Part shown: one piece after another, positions 38,752 through 48,434 of the stretch
Layout: each line of letters begins with the position of its first letter
How positions within the stretch are numbered: position 1 is the first letter of the stretch
NCBI GenBank assembly: GCA_035627515.1
Contig: DASPLQ010000012.1
Coordinates: 842,331-906,330, forward strand
Length of the DNA: 64,000 nucleotides
Direction of reading: 5' to 3'
Source: Vitreimonas sp.
GTDB taxonomy: Bacteria > Patescibacteriota > Microgenomatia > UBA1400 > PJMF01
The notes under the pieces: generated by a model
What the model was told of the DNA's origin: nothing
Seen by the model: only the letters and a program-made list of their open reading frames with translations
The model's database searches: none
Made by a program: the position numbers and the translations under genes

Positions 38752-39631
38752 AGGTGCTGGCGACTTCGGCCAGGGCTTCTTTAATACTATGAAGTTTGAA
38801 ATCGAGTTGGCCAATCAACTTTTCACAATTGAGTGCGGTATTTCGTTGGTACGGTCGTTGGGTGCTTTTTAAATACTCGTTTATGTCACCTTTTTTGACC
38901 ACTTTGTTTAAGTAAAGTGCTTCATTAATAGCGGACGCGAAGTCATAATCATTCCAGCTTTCATTGTTGGTAGTATGAAATAAACCCTCTGTATTTGTAC
39001 GAATTACCCAGTCAATGACTTTGACAAAATCATCAATATACGTAGGCCCAAAGAAATGGTTAGTAAATTGGGGATACAGGGTTTCTTGTTTTAATCCGGC
39101 AATAATACGATGGACGGCATCCAGCTTGGGAAACTCATCGGACCGAAATGGTTGATCAATTCTTAAAATAGTCCACGGGACAGTAGCTTTTTGGACCACT
39201 TCCTCGGCCCAGACTTTGGTTTGACCATACCATTCAATCGGGGAAGTAGGGTCAGTTTCTAAGTACGGTGCGGCTTTGTTACCATCAAAGACATAGGCGG
39301 TGGAGATGTGAATTATGTGTTTATTGGTGGCTTCAGCAGCTTTGACGATATTTTCAGTGCCAACCACATTTACTTGGTAGGCGATGCTCGTTTTGTCACC
39401 AGTTTGTTGCCAGGCACCGGTGACGTCAGTATAAGCAGCAAAGTGAACAACGTGGGTCGCAGCACTGTCTTGAAAGGCTTGGAGTACCTGTGAATAGTCA
39501 GTAATGTCAGTGGGGGCGGTAGGATGTGCTCGGTCCAAGTTTACGAAATCATATTTGTCTTCGAAGTCGGTGGCAAGTTTGGAGCCAACGAGGCCATTTA
39601 AACCGGTAGTGATGAGGGGAAGTTTTGGCAT
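38741..39631 (-). CDS. rmlD: dTDP-4-dehydrorhamnose reductase
   Basis: TGLNGLVG, HFAAYTDV, HISTAYVFDG, YGQTK. Confidence 0.88.
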   Translation of the reverse strand: MPKLPLITTGLNGLVGSKLATDFEDKYDFVNLDRAHPTAPTDITDYSQVLQAFQDSAATHVVHFAAYTDVTGAWQQTGDKTSIAYQVNVVGTENIVKAAEATNKHIIHISTAYVFDGNKAAPYLETDPTSPIEWYGQTKVWAEEVVQKATVPWTILRIDQPFRSDEFPKLDAVHRIIAGLKQETLYPQFTNHFFGPTYIDDFVKVIDWVIRTNTEGLFHTTNNESWNDYDFASAINEALYLNKVVKKGDINEYLKSTQRPYQRNTALNCEKLIGQLDFKLHSIKEALAEVASTYAQ

Positions 39632-39636
39632 AAGTG

Positions 39637-40020
39637 TTACACATTGGCCAGGTGAGAAGATTTAGAAATATTATTATTAAATTCACTGAGAATATCGACC
39701 AGCCTTACCGCAGTGGCTCGCACGCCACCGGTAGTCTCATAGACTGGTAAACATTCGCGCATAAAAGCAATCAGTAAGGAAGTTTCAAGAAAAAAATCAG
39801 GGTTGTCATCGGGGTTGGTAGGAGAAACCTCTCGTTTGAGAAGAAAAAAACTATCAACATGTGAATGCGTGGGAGGTGAACTGAAGATCACTTTATCACT
39901 GGCAGGTAAGCAGTCCCACACGGCAGTAAAAACTCTGAGCAACATAGTTTCTTCGATGTGATTTTGTTCACTGATACTCACTAAGATTGGCCAATCAATA
40001 AACTTGATTTCCCTAGCCAT
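39637..40020 (-). CDS. Hypothetical protein between rmlC and rmlD
   Basis: ORF from MAREIK at 40020, overlapping the rmlC stop. Confidence 0.55.
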   Translation of the reverse strand: MAREIKFIDWPILVSISEQNHIEETMLLRVFTAVWDCLPASDKVIFSSPPTHSHVDSFFLLKREVSPTNPDDNPDFFLETSLLIAFMRECLPVYETTGGVRATAVRLVDILSEFNNNISKSSHLANV

Positions 40021-40540
40021 TTTTTGGTCCCCACATTTCAGGTAAAACGCAGTCCCAGGTAAACTTGAATTCATCAGCAGCATCATATGGATGGGATTGG
40101 AAGTTAACGACAATACTTTCGGTGGTGCCTAAAGCTTTCCAACCATGCATGATCCCGGGGGGAATTTTGAGGTAGCGAGGTTTTTGAACACCGAGGATGA
40201 CGCTGTTAGCGTGGCCAAAAGTGGGTGACCCTTCGCGAATATCTACTAAGCACACTTGGAGCTTACCACGAGTGACAGTGAATTGATCAGTATGAGTGCC
40301 GTGTAAATGCCAGCATTTGACCACTCCGGGGTCGGTGGCACTTTGATAGGCATGAAGGGTAGGAATGACTTTGCCTTCTTGGTACTCAGGCCAAGCTGTG
40401 CTCCAGAGTTCAATCACATCGCCACGATCGTCAAGGAGCGTGGTTAAATCTTTCAAAAAAGTGCCTTCAATCGTCAGGCCTTTGTGAATTTGAAATTGTT
40501 GTTGTTGTAACCACTGTTCAGTGATGTTCTGGACTTCCAT
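40013..40540 (-). CDS. rmlC: dTDP-4-dehydrorhamnose 3,5-epimerase family cupin
   Basis: DDRG, GVVKCWHLH, VDIREGSPTFG, IPPGIMHG. Confidence 0.88.
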   Translation of the reverse strand: MEVQNITEQWLQQQQFQIHKGLTIEGTFLKDLTTLLDDRGDVIELWSTAWPEYQEGKVIPTLHAYQSATDPGVVKCWHLHGTHTDQFTVTRGKLQVCLVDIREGSPTFGHANSVILGVQKPRYLKIPPGIMHGWKALGTTESIVVNFQSHPYDAADEFKFTWDCVLPEMWGPKNG

Positions 40541-40555
40541 ACGCTCCTTTATTAA

Positions 40556-41575
40556 TTATTTGCCATAGTTCTGCTGGAAAAAACCTTGAGCACGTTCTTT
40601 GAGTGGTCGCCACCATTCTTGGCGCATTTGATACCACTCAATAGTTCTTCTCAAGCCTTCTTCTAAGGTCACCGATGGTTGCCACCCCAGCTCGCGGTTA
40701 ATCTTTGACCACTCTACTGCATAGCGGCGATCATGACCGGCGCGATCTTTGACGAACTCAATCATCTCTTCTGATTGATTCATAATTTTAAGCATTAATT
40801 TGACGACTTCAAGATTGGAAATATCACCTACTAAGCCGCCAATGAGATACGTTTCACCTTCTTTGCCATCAGTCAGGACACGATCAATAGCTGAGCAGTG
40901 ATCTTGAACATACAACCAATCGCGGACATTGAGGCCATCTCCATAGACAGGAACTTTTTTACCTTCAATTAAGTTAGTGATCGCTAGTGGGAATAATTTC
41001 TCTGGAAAGTGGTACTCGCCATAATTATTAGAACAATTGGTGAGCGTGAATGGTAAACCGTAGGTTTCGCCATACGCGCGGACTAAGTGATCAGAACCAG
41101 CCTTACTGGCAGAATAAGGGCTACGGGGATCATATGGTGTATGTTCAGTAAATTTTGCCTCAGAACCCAGCTCCAGTGAGCCAAAGACTTCGTCAGTAGA
41201 GATGTGGTGGAAACGTTTGACCTTATTTTTTAAGGCTGCATCTAATAAAACTTGGGTGCCTAAAATATTAGTTTCCAGAAAAATGCCCGGATTTAAAATA
41301 GAGCGATCCACGTGAGATTCTGCTGCAAAATGGACGACTATATCTACCCCGGCCATCAGTGACTCCACTAGGGCACGATCATTAATACTACCCTGGACAA
41401 AACGATACTGTGGATTGCCTTCTACGTCACGCAAACTTTCCAAGTTGCCGGCATACGTGAGGGCATCTAGGTTAATAACTTTATCGCTGGGGTACTTTTT
41501 CAACCAATAATGAACAAAGTTGGAGCCAATAAAACCGGCGCCACCAGTGACGAGAAGAGTGCGAGATACTGACAT
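40556..41575 (-). CDS. rmlB: dTDP-glucose 4,6-dehydratase
   Basis: TGGAGFIGSNF, LTYAGN, AAESHVDRSI, ISTDEVFG, SPYSASK, GHDRRY. Confidence 0.97.
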   Translation of the reverse strand: MSVSRTLLVTGGAGFIGSNFVHYWLKKYPSDKVINLDALTYAGNLESLRDVEGNPQYRFVQGSINDRALVESLMAGVDIVVHFAAESHVDRSILNPGIFLETNILGTQVLLDAALKNKVKRFHHISTDEVFGSLELGSEAKFTEHTPYDPRSPYSASKAGSDHLVRAYGETYGLPFTLTNCSNNYGEYHFPEKLFPLAITNLIEGKKVPVYGDGLNVRDWLYVQDHCSAIDRVLTDGKEGETYLIGGLVGDISNLEVVKLMLKIMNQSEEMIEFVKDRAGHDRRYAVEWSKINRELGWQPSVTLEEGLRRTIEWYQMRQEWWRPLKERAQGFFQQNYGK

Positions 41576-41594
41576 AAACGGATTATACTGTAAG

Positions 41595-41634
41595 TTAAGT
41601 AATTGAGTAATTGAGTAATTGAGTAAATAAGTAA
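41595..41634. repeat. Five tandem 8-mers TTRAGTAA
   Basis: TTAAGTAA TTGAGTAA x3 ATAAGTAA. Confidence 0.85.
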
Positions 41635-41808
41635 TTAGTTATTTTTGAGTTGTGGCTGTTGCTGAGCACCTTTTAATTTATAAAAATTATTACGCCATGA
41701 TTGAGCGGCACTGTGATAATAGCCGGCTGCTAAAGCCAGGACAACAATGATAATGACGAGTAAGCGCGTCACATTTTGGGCAGAGAGTGGTGGTTTAATT
41801 GTGGACAT
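41635..41808 (-). CDS. Small single-TM protein (57 aa; not in ORF track)
   Basis: Hand translation MSTIKPPLSAQNVTRLLVIIIVVLALAAGYYHSAAQSWRNNFYKLKGAQQQPQLKNN*; overlaps the LCP stop by 14 nt. Confidence 0.65.
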   Translation of the reverse strand: MSTIKPPLSAQNVTRLLVIIIVVLALAAGYYHSAAQSWRNNFYKLKGAQQQPQLKNN

Positions 41809-42955
41809 TAAGGCCTAATTTTTGAGCAACTTCTAACTTAAATTGTTCGCTGTCCCGAACCTGATATATCCATTGGTTTTGATACCGAGCGGTGAGTGGG
41901 GGATTGATTAGCACTCCCTGTGGGTCATCGGGATAAACACTCAAGCTATTGCCAGTATACGTGATCGCATCCTTGTGTGGCCATAAGCTTTTAGCGGTCG
42001 CTAGGCCTTCCTCAATACTGACAGCTCGACCAAATTGAGTCTGATAAAACTGATACAGCTGGCCTAGTTTTTTGGGTTGTTTAATCAAATTAGGATCGGT
42101 AGCCTTAGCCAAGATGGCTTTGATGACTTGCTGCTGGCGCCGGGCACGAGCATTATCGTCACCTTCATCACCCATACTATGGCGGCTGCGGATATATTTG
42201 AGAGCTGTTGCACCATTCATCGTTTGAGGCCCAGCTTTAAACTCCACAGTTTCATACAGCTTAGCAGGGTCACGCTCGGTAGTTACATCCACGTCACTGC
42301 GCGGGAAGAGTGGATCTATAAAAGCGGTTTCGACACTCACCTCGATTCCTCCCAACATATCAATAACTTGTGCCACTTGGTCCATAGATATCAAGACTGT
42401 GTGATGAATAGGTACTCCAGTTAATTGTTCAATAACTTCCTTTGAAAAGCGTTCCGGTTCAGTGGGATAACGGTCACGGCCATACGCATACAAAGCATTA
42501 ATTTTAGTTTGAAAATCTTCACTATAGATATCACGAGGCAAAGGTAAACTGCGGATCTGGCCGGTCTCTAAATTAACAGAGACCAGCATCATTGTGTCAG
42601 TTAGGGGTGGGACATCTCCCCGGGTTTGGAGGGTATCCACTCCCAGCAGTAAAACATTTTTATGATGGTTGGTGTGGATGGGAGTTTGATTCCAGCCTGT
42701 CGTCAGTGTTTGATAAAGTTGACGAGGAGTAGTGCCAGCAGCCGTGGTAAAAGTCGTCAAGCGATGGTAGGCAAAAAGAGCCACCGCCAGGAAAGTGATC
42801 GCCAGGAAAATCACTACAAATAGTAATGTCAAAAGCTGAGCGGCAATAAAAGGGTGGCGATTGATAAATCCAAGCCGTGGCTCCATATGAAGTGAGGGGG
42901 TCATACTCATCGAAGAAGTTTCGGCTGGAATCGGCGTTAGTTTTGCTTTGGCCAC
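41795..42955 (-). CDS. LCP (LytR-CpsA-Psr) family glycopolymer transferase
   Basis: N-terminal TM, NVLLLGVD, TDTMML, LPRD, KINALY, ALKYIRSRH, RARRQQ. Confidence 0.93.
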   Translation of the reverse strand: MAKAKLTPIPAETSSMSMTPSLHMEPRLGFINRHPFIAAQLLTLLFVVIFLAITFLAVALFAYHRLTTFTTAAGTTPRQLYQTLTTGWNQTPIHTNHHKNVLLLGVDTLQTRGDVPPLTDTMMLVSVNLETGQIRSLPLPRDIYSEDFQTKINALYAYGRDRYPTEPERFSKEVIEQLTGVPIHHTVLISMDQVAQVIDMLGGIEVSVETAFIDPLFPRSDVDVTTERDPAKLYETVEFKAGPQTMNGATALKYIRSRHSMGDEGDDNARARRQQQVIKAILAKATDPNLIKQPKKLGQLYQFYQTQFGRAVSIEEGLATAKSLWPHKDAITYTGNSLSVYPDDPQGVLINPPLTARYQNQWIYQVRDSEQFKLEVAQKLGLNVHN

Positions 42956-43061
42956 GATGACTCATTGTACAAAATTTGTCAGCTTTGAAAAGCACAGCCT
43001 CACTAACTAGATCGTTCTGATATAATTCGGAGTAAGAAGTGTGTAGAGAAAGTCACGTCAT

Positions 43062-43943
43062 ATGATTAGAGATAGAGAGCGACTGTCCCCAAGAATTGCC
43101 AGTCCTGAAAAATTTTGGGAGTTTGGACCACTTGGTTTACTAAATTTCCTTACCAAGCCTCGCTATCAAATTGAAGTTGAGAGGAAAGAGATTATTAGAC
43201 GAGAAATGGTTAATAATCCCGGATTACACGACAGTTTCCATCCCGTTTTTGATGGTGAGGGAAAATTAGTCAAAAATGATTTAACTTCATATCCCGTCAA
43301 AGTTCTCCGAAATATTCCGGCAGGGAAGGAAATCGTTCGGGTTGACGCAGACACCATTCATGAGGAAATCCAAACAGCTTTGAATAATGCTCGCATCTCA
43401 AGAGAGCAGTTGCTCAGAGAAGGAAAATTGATTCTGTCAGATGAAATGGGTGAAGACGAAACTCAAAAAAGATGGTGTGAATTGCGTGAATTATTTATCA
43501 ATTTGGCTAAGCCCATTATCGGTTCACAGCGAGAAAATTGTTACTTTCTGAATCCAGATTTCACTCTACAAGTTCAGGTGGTAGACTTGGGCAATAACAC
43601 CGCTTCTATTCGTTTAATTGAATGGCCAAAAGGCTTTGAACCCAAGAAAAAAGAGCGAAATGTTAAAGAATTAAAACAAGATGAAAATATGCCCTGTATG
43701 AAACGCCTCTACGAAGTTGTAGTGGGAAAAGCAATAAATAGGAAAGATGGCACCAATAATTATGGAATTTCTCGAGCTGGGCAGGTGGATATAAGGGAAA
43801 CTATGGCAAGTAAAAATGGAGTGGTTTATTTCGAAAGCAGTGCTGTTGATGCTCATAACAGAGACATGCAAACCGGCAATTTTACTCTCGCTCAAAAACA
43901 AACCTTTATAGAAACTTTTGGAAAGTTACCTTTTTATGAATAA
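43062..43943 (+). CDS. Hypothetical protein (tandem paralog 1)
   Basis: Shares DADTIH, KRW, WPKG, YEVV, QVDI and VYF with the next gene. Confidence 0.8.
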   Translation: MIRDRERLSPRIASPEKFWEFGPLGLLNFLTKPRYQIEVERKEIIRREMVNNPGLHDSFHPVFDGEGKLVKNDLTSYPVKVLRNIPAGKEIVRVDADTIHEEIQTALNNARISREQLLREGKLILSDEMGEDETQKRWCELRELFINLAKPIIGSQRENCYFLNPDFTLQVQVVDLGNNTASIRLIEWPKGFEPKKKERNVKELKQDENMPCMKRLYEVVVGKAINRKDGTNNYGISRAGQVDIRETMASKNGVVYFESSAVDAHNRDMQTGNFTLAQKQTFIETFGKLPFYE

Positions 43944-45141
43944 AGATCTCGCTCCACGCAAAAACCTCATTCCACAGGATCAATATTGGGGCTTAGGTTC
44001 AATTAGTTTTTTAGATTTTTTAACTAGATTGCGTTATCCAGTCAATCTCGAGGTAAATAAATTGGAAAAAACTAAGTCGGGAACTGGTGAGTTTGTGAGT
44101 AAAAGAAATGGAGTGCGCAGTATCTTAGCAGATGCGGATACTATCCATAACACGATTAAAGGAAAGCTGGCACATGATAAAGCGATGAAAGAAGCGCAGT
44201 TGAAATCAAAGTTGTTAGTTCTTGATGAGCAACCACCCGAAGGTGAAGCCGCAGAAGCAGAGATTGATAAACGTTGGCGGAGTGTAAAAGCTAAATTACT
44301 TGAAATGATCAAGCCGCTGATGCCTAATAACAAACAAAGCACTCATCAAATTGAAGTTGATGGTCAGATTCACCAGGTTCAGATTATCCCTAATAAAGAG
44401 TTACATAATGTCACCATTCGCTTTTATGCATGGCCAAAAGGATATAAGCCTAAAGAGTTAATTAGTGTTTCACGATGGAGTGAGATTGATAAAAGTGCTA
44501 TTAGCAATGCTTACGAAGTGGTGATTGTTAGAGATCCTGTTCAAAAGGACAATTGGAATAATGAGCTCGTGGTGCAATCTGCTGCCCAGGTGGATATCGC
44601 TACATCTCAGGCTAACTCTGTGTATTTTCTCAGCACACAGTTTGCCAACCTGAGTAAGTATGAGCATGAATTATCAACGGCTGAAAAGTTTGCTTTTCTA
44701 CAGAATTTTGAACACCGCGTGGAAAATGTCCATTCTTTAGTAACATATGAACATCAATTTTCCCGAGTGGTTGAGTTAATCAGAGCATATAGCAATCCTA
44801 AAGAAAAATCTCAATTAGTTATTGAAAACGATACCTCAAAAGTAACTATACAGATTAAACCTCATCTGGAAACTCAGGGCACACTATGCAAGTGGTCGGT
44901 TGATATCAATTCAACGAGTAAAAAAGATCAGATTGAGAAAATGATCACTATTGATTTAAAGCCTGCAAAAAAAGGTAAGCTGATGATTGCTCAGCCTATT
45001 ATTTTAAGAAATGGATTAGCTCAAAATCGCCAAATGTCTTCACTCGTTCCTAATTACCAAGGTGAACTCAATCGATCAGATCAACTAAAATTTGCTCAGT
45101 TTATGGCTGAGGTTTTTCCTGTTGTCTCTCACTCTAGCTAA
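43936..45141 (+). CDS. Hypothetical protein (tandem paralog 2, with extra C-terminal domain)
   Basis: Paralogous to 43062-43943; start overlaps its stop. Confidence 0.8.
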   Translation: MNKDLAPRKNLIPQDQYWGLGSISFLDFLTRLRYPVNLEVNKLEKTKSGTGEFVSKRNGVRSILADADTIHNTIKGKLAHDKAMKEAQLKSKLLVLDEQPPEGEAAEAEIDKRWRSVKAKLLEMIKPLMPNNKQSTHQIEVDGQIHQVQIIPNKELHNVTIRFYAWPKGYKPKELISVSRWSEIDKSAISNAYEVVIVRDPVQKDNWNNELVVQSAAQVDIATSQANSVYFLSTQFANLSKYEHELSTAEKFAFLQNFEHRVENVHSLVTYEHQFSRVVELIRAYSNPKEKSQLVIENDTSKVTIQIKPHLETQGTLCKWSVDINSTSKKDQIEKMITIDLKPAKKGKLMIAQPIILRNGLAQNRQMSSLVPNYQGELNRSDQLKFAQFMAEVFPVVSHSS

Positions 45142-45168
45142 TTTTCTAGCCTCGATTACAATTGAGGT

Positions 45169-46947
45169 ATGTTGAAGCAAGTTGCTGTTTATTTAGTGCT
45201 GGCTGTGATTTTTTTGGCGTCTTCGTGGTCATTACTTCATAGTAGCTTTTTCCGCATCCATGACTATGTGCACGCAGCGCGGATTGTAGAGATGTCCAAG
45301 GCGGTGCAAGAAGGTCACATCCCACCCCGGTGGAGTGCTAACTTTGGTTATGGATACGGCATGCCACTGTTTGAATTCTATGCACCTTTGCCTTATTTTG
45401 CGGGGGCGTTGTTGTATATAGCTGGTGTACCCATGATCACGACATTGAAGATTTTGTTCGCCGGGTGTTCATTACTGACGATGATTGGGGCTTACTATTT
45501 AGGGCGAAAATTGTATGGCAGGAGTAGTGGGTTGGTAGTAGCGGCAGCTCTGACCTTGGCGCCGTATCGCTCAGTGAACTTATTTGTGCGTGGTGCCTTA
45601 TCAGAAGCATGGGGTATCATGGCCTTACCGTGGATTTTACTCGGTATCATTAAAGTTATTCGCAACGAAGACAAAGGATGGTTGATTTTAGTCAGTGGCT
45701 TAGTAGTGTTGATGTTGAGTCATAACATCACCACCTTGTTATTTGTCCCTCTCAGTGTGATCTTTGCTGTCGGTTATTGGTTGATTTGGAACTGGTCGCA
45801 ATTGAGTGCTAAAGAGAGTTGGCGCAATATTTTTTCGCGCCCAAAATTGCAGCAGCTCCCGTTATTAGCCGGATCATATTTAATGGCCATCGGTGTGAGC
45901 GCTTTTTATTTGTTTCCAGCTTTGGCAGAGAAAAATTTCACCCAAGTGGAGCAGATTTTTGGTGGTTACTTTCATTACTCTCACCACTTTTTGTATATTC
46001 GCCAATTCCTGAAACCCTTTTGGGGTTATGGCGGCTCTGAGTGGGGACCCAATGATGGCATTTCGTTTTTCTTTGGTTGGGGACAGCTAGTGGGGTTATT
46101 AATTGCGGGGATGGTGATGGGGAGAGAGAGTTTATTATGGCTAAAATCTAAATTCCAAAACACACATTCCAAAAAATCTACCATTCAATCTTTGGGATTT
46201 GGAGCTTGGGTATTTGTGATTGCTCTTTCCCTCATGGCCTTTGCCTGTTTCATGAGTTTATTGCGCTCCAAATTTATTTGGGATGCAATTCCTTTTTTGG
46301 CATTTGTGCAGTTTCCATGGCGGTGGTTAGCAGTTGCTATCACCTTTTTAAGTGTAGCCATGGTCAGTGGTTTGGCGAGTTTGCGTTTTGAGAAAGTTCG
46401 CTGGGGGCTGTCTGCGTTGGTGATTGTTATTATCATTGCAGCTAATTGGTCATACTTCAAACCAGAGTCATATTTAGATGACCCGACAGAATTTTATTAC
46501 ACTGATCCAGCTTTGATCCGGGCTCAAATGAGCTCAATTCTTCCTGATTATATCCCCCAAGCTATGGGTAAACTTGAAAAGCCTCCAGAGGTACCTTTCT
46601 TATTACCTTTAGGTTTAGATAAAGAAGTAAGTACGCTCATCGATCGTGGTCATGAAAAGTTGTATAAAACTACTTTTGCCCACGAAACAAAATTGAGCTT
46701 ATCGCTGGCGGACTTTCCAGGCTGGCAATTTGAGATCGATGGTCAGTCAGCTCCCAAAGTGCCTGGAGATGTAGCCGGCACCTTAGCCGTGATGGTGCCC
46801 GCTGGCGAACACTTGGTAGGAGTACAGTTTGGTGGTACACCTGTCAGAAACATCTCTGATATAGTGAGTGCCTTGAGTTTAGTGCTCGTTTTGTATTGTT
46901 TACTGCCCGTCGCTGCTCAATCAAAAGACCGCCATGCCAAAGCTTAA
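45169..46947 (+). CDS. GT-C-like membrane protein (PTPS_related/YfhO-like)
   Basis: PPRWSANFGYGYGMPLFEFYAPL, RGALSE, LSHN, QFPWRW. Confidence 0.85.
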   Translation: MLKQVAVYLVLAVIFLASSWSLLHSSFFRIHDYVHAARIVEMSKAVQEGHIPPRWSANFGYGYGMPLFEFYAPLPYFAGALLYIAGVPMITTLKILFAGCSLLTMIGAYYLGRKLYGRSSGLVVAAALTLAPYRSVNLFVRGALSEAWGIMALPWILLGIIKVIRNEDKGWLILVSGLVVLMLSHNITTLLFVPLSVIFAVGYWLIWNWSQLSAKESWRNIFSRPKLQQLPLLAGSYLMAIGVSAFYLFPALAEKNFTQVEQIFGGYFHYSHHFLYIRQFLKPFWGYGGSEWGPNDGISFFFGWGQLVGLLIAGMVMGRESLLWLKSKFQNTHSKKSTIQSLGFGAWVFVIALSLMAFACFMSLLRSKFIWDAIPFLAFVQFPWRWLAVAITFLSVAMVSGLASLRFEKVRWGLSALVIVIIIAANWSYFKPESYLDDPTEFYYTDPALIRAQMSSILPDYIPQAMGKLEKPPEVPFLLPLGLDKEVSTLIDRGHEKLYKTTFAHETKLSLSLADFPGWQFEIDGQSAPKVPGDVAGTLAVMVPAGEHLVGVQFGGTPVRNISDIVSALSLVLVLYCLLPVAAQSKDRHAKA

Positions 46948-48433
46948 CCAAACCGCTATCGATACTACTTTAGACGCCGAAGAAGCCTTAACTACCCAAG
47001 AGTTGCATACTATCAAAAAGCGATCTATTGCCGGAGTGATTTCTTTTTTCTTTCGCGGCATCGTCATTACGCTGATTGGCATAGTGGCCTCAGGTGTACT
47101 GAGCGCATATTTATCCCCAGCTGACTTTGGAGTTTTTGGATTGGTGACTCAGATTATTGCCCTGCTGACCTTTTTTTCTGATATTGGTTTAGCTGCTTCC
47201 TTAATTCAAAAAAAAGATGAACCAACCGAAGCCGAGTACCGGACAGCTTTCACTGTCCAGCAATTATTAGCCTGGGTGATTTTTGCGATCGCGCTAATGT
47301 TAGTAGCCAGTGGGGTGGTGCAGCCTAAGATTGGCACCGCTGGTGCGTGGGTGCTGCTCAGCTTAGCTTTTTCGTTTCCCTTAGCGACATTCAAAACTAT
47401 TTCGCACCTCAAGCTTGAGCGGCGACTAGAATTTGGCAAAGCGGTTTTGCCTCAGGTTTTTGAGCAACTCATTTTTAATGTCTTACTGATTGTCTTGGCT
47501 TGGAGAGGGATGGGGGTCATGGCCTACACCTACGCGATCTTAGCCCGGTCGGTAGTGGGTATAGTCGCTATTCAATACTTGATGCCTTGGCAACCAGCTT
47601 TGGCATGGGAACAATCAGTCTTAAAAAATCTCTTGAGTTTTGGGGCTAAATTTCAAATTAATGATTTCTTAGCACGTGTCAAAGATTCTTTATTTTATTT
47701 AGTGTTGGGCATTTATTTACCGCTCGATCAGTTTGGGTATATTCAATGGGGGAAAAATTGGTCGCAGTATCCGTACACCTTGACTGTCCAGCACATTACA
47801 GCGGTGACCTTTCCCACCTTTGCCCGGTTGCAAGGAAGCAAGCCGGCTTTGGCACGGGCTATTGAAAAAACCTTATTTTTTATTTCACTGGTCATTTTCC
47901 CGATCTTAGTGGGGATGTGTGTCTTTATTTTTCCCTTAGTAGTTTTAGTGCCTGATTATCATAAGTGGCAGCCGGCTTTATTAAGCTTTGTGTTGTTCTG
48001 TTTATCAATTGGTTGGGGTGCCATTTCCACGCCGTTAACTACGACTTTGAATGCCATTGGAGAAATTAATAAAACTCTTAAATTGATGATTATGTGGACG
48101 AGCTTGACCTGGATTTTAACTCCAGTGGGCATTTACCTGTATGGATACAATGGCGTGGCCATAGCTGCCTTTGTGATCGCTTTCACTTCGGTGGCGCCTA
48201 TGTATTATGTGGCTCAGATTCTGCCGGTCAAAATTTGGGAACAGGTTTGGCGGCAGTTGACCGCAGCCAGTGTGATGGGCTTGGTGGGGTGGATTGGTTT
48301 AGAGTGGTGGCAACAAAGCTTACAGATGATGGTAGTTGGTATGGCTACAGTTGGTAGTTCATATATACTCACCATCGCCGTGGTGGGTAAAGATAAACTG
48401 TGGGCGGAAATCAAAAGTTTACGTAAAGTCTAG
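46934..48433 (+). CDS. wzx: Wzx-type oligosaccharide flippase
   Basis: LSPADFG, SDIGLAASLIQ, LERRLEF, VTFPTFARLQ; about 12-14 TMs. Confidence 0.88.
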   Translation: MPKLNQTAIDTTLDAEEALTTQELHTIKKRSIAGVISFFFRGIVITLIGIVASGVLSAYLSPADFGVFGLVTQIIALLTFFSDIGLAASLIQKKDEPTEAEYRTAFTVQQLLAWVIFAIALMLVASGVVQPKIGTAGAWVLLSLAFSFPLATFKTISHLKLERRLEFGKAVLPQVFEQLIFNVLLIVLAWRGMGVMAYTYAILARSVVGIVAIQYLMPWQPALAWEQSVLKNLLSFGAKFQINDFLARVKDSLFYLVLGIYLPLDQFGYIQWGKNWSQYPYTLTVQHITAVTFPTFARLQGSKPALARAIEKTLFFISLVIFPILVGMCVFIFPLVVLVPDYHKWQPALLSFVLFCLSIGWGAISTPLTTTLNAIGEINKTLKLMIMWTSLTWILTPVGIYLYGYNGVAIAAFVIAFTSVAPMYYVAQILPVKIWEQVWRQLTAASVMGLVGWIGLEWWQQSLQMMVVGMATVGSSYILTIAVVGKDKLWAEIKSLRKV

Positions 48434-48434
48434 G

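Noticed and set aside
41595-41634. Possible CRISPR array
   Set aside because: These are contiguous 8-mers with no spacers, and there are no cas genes in the window
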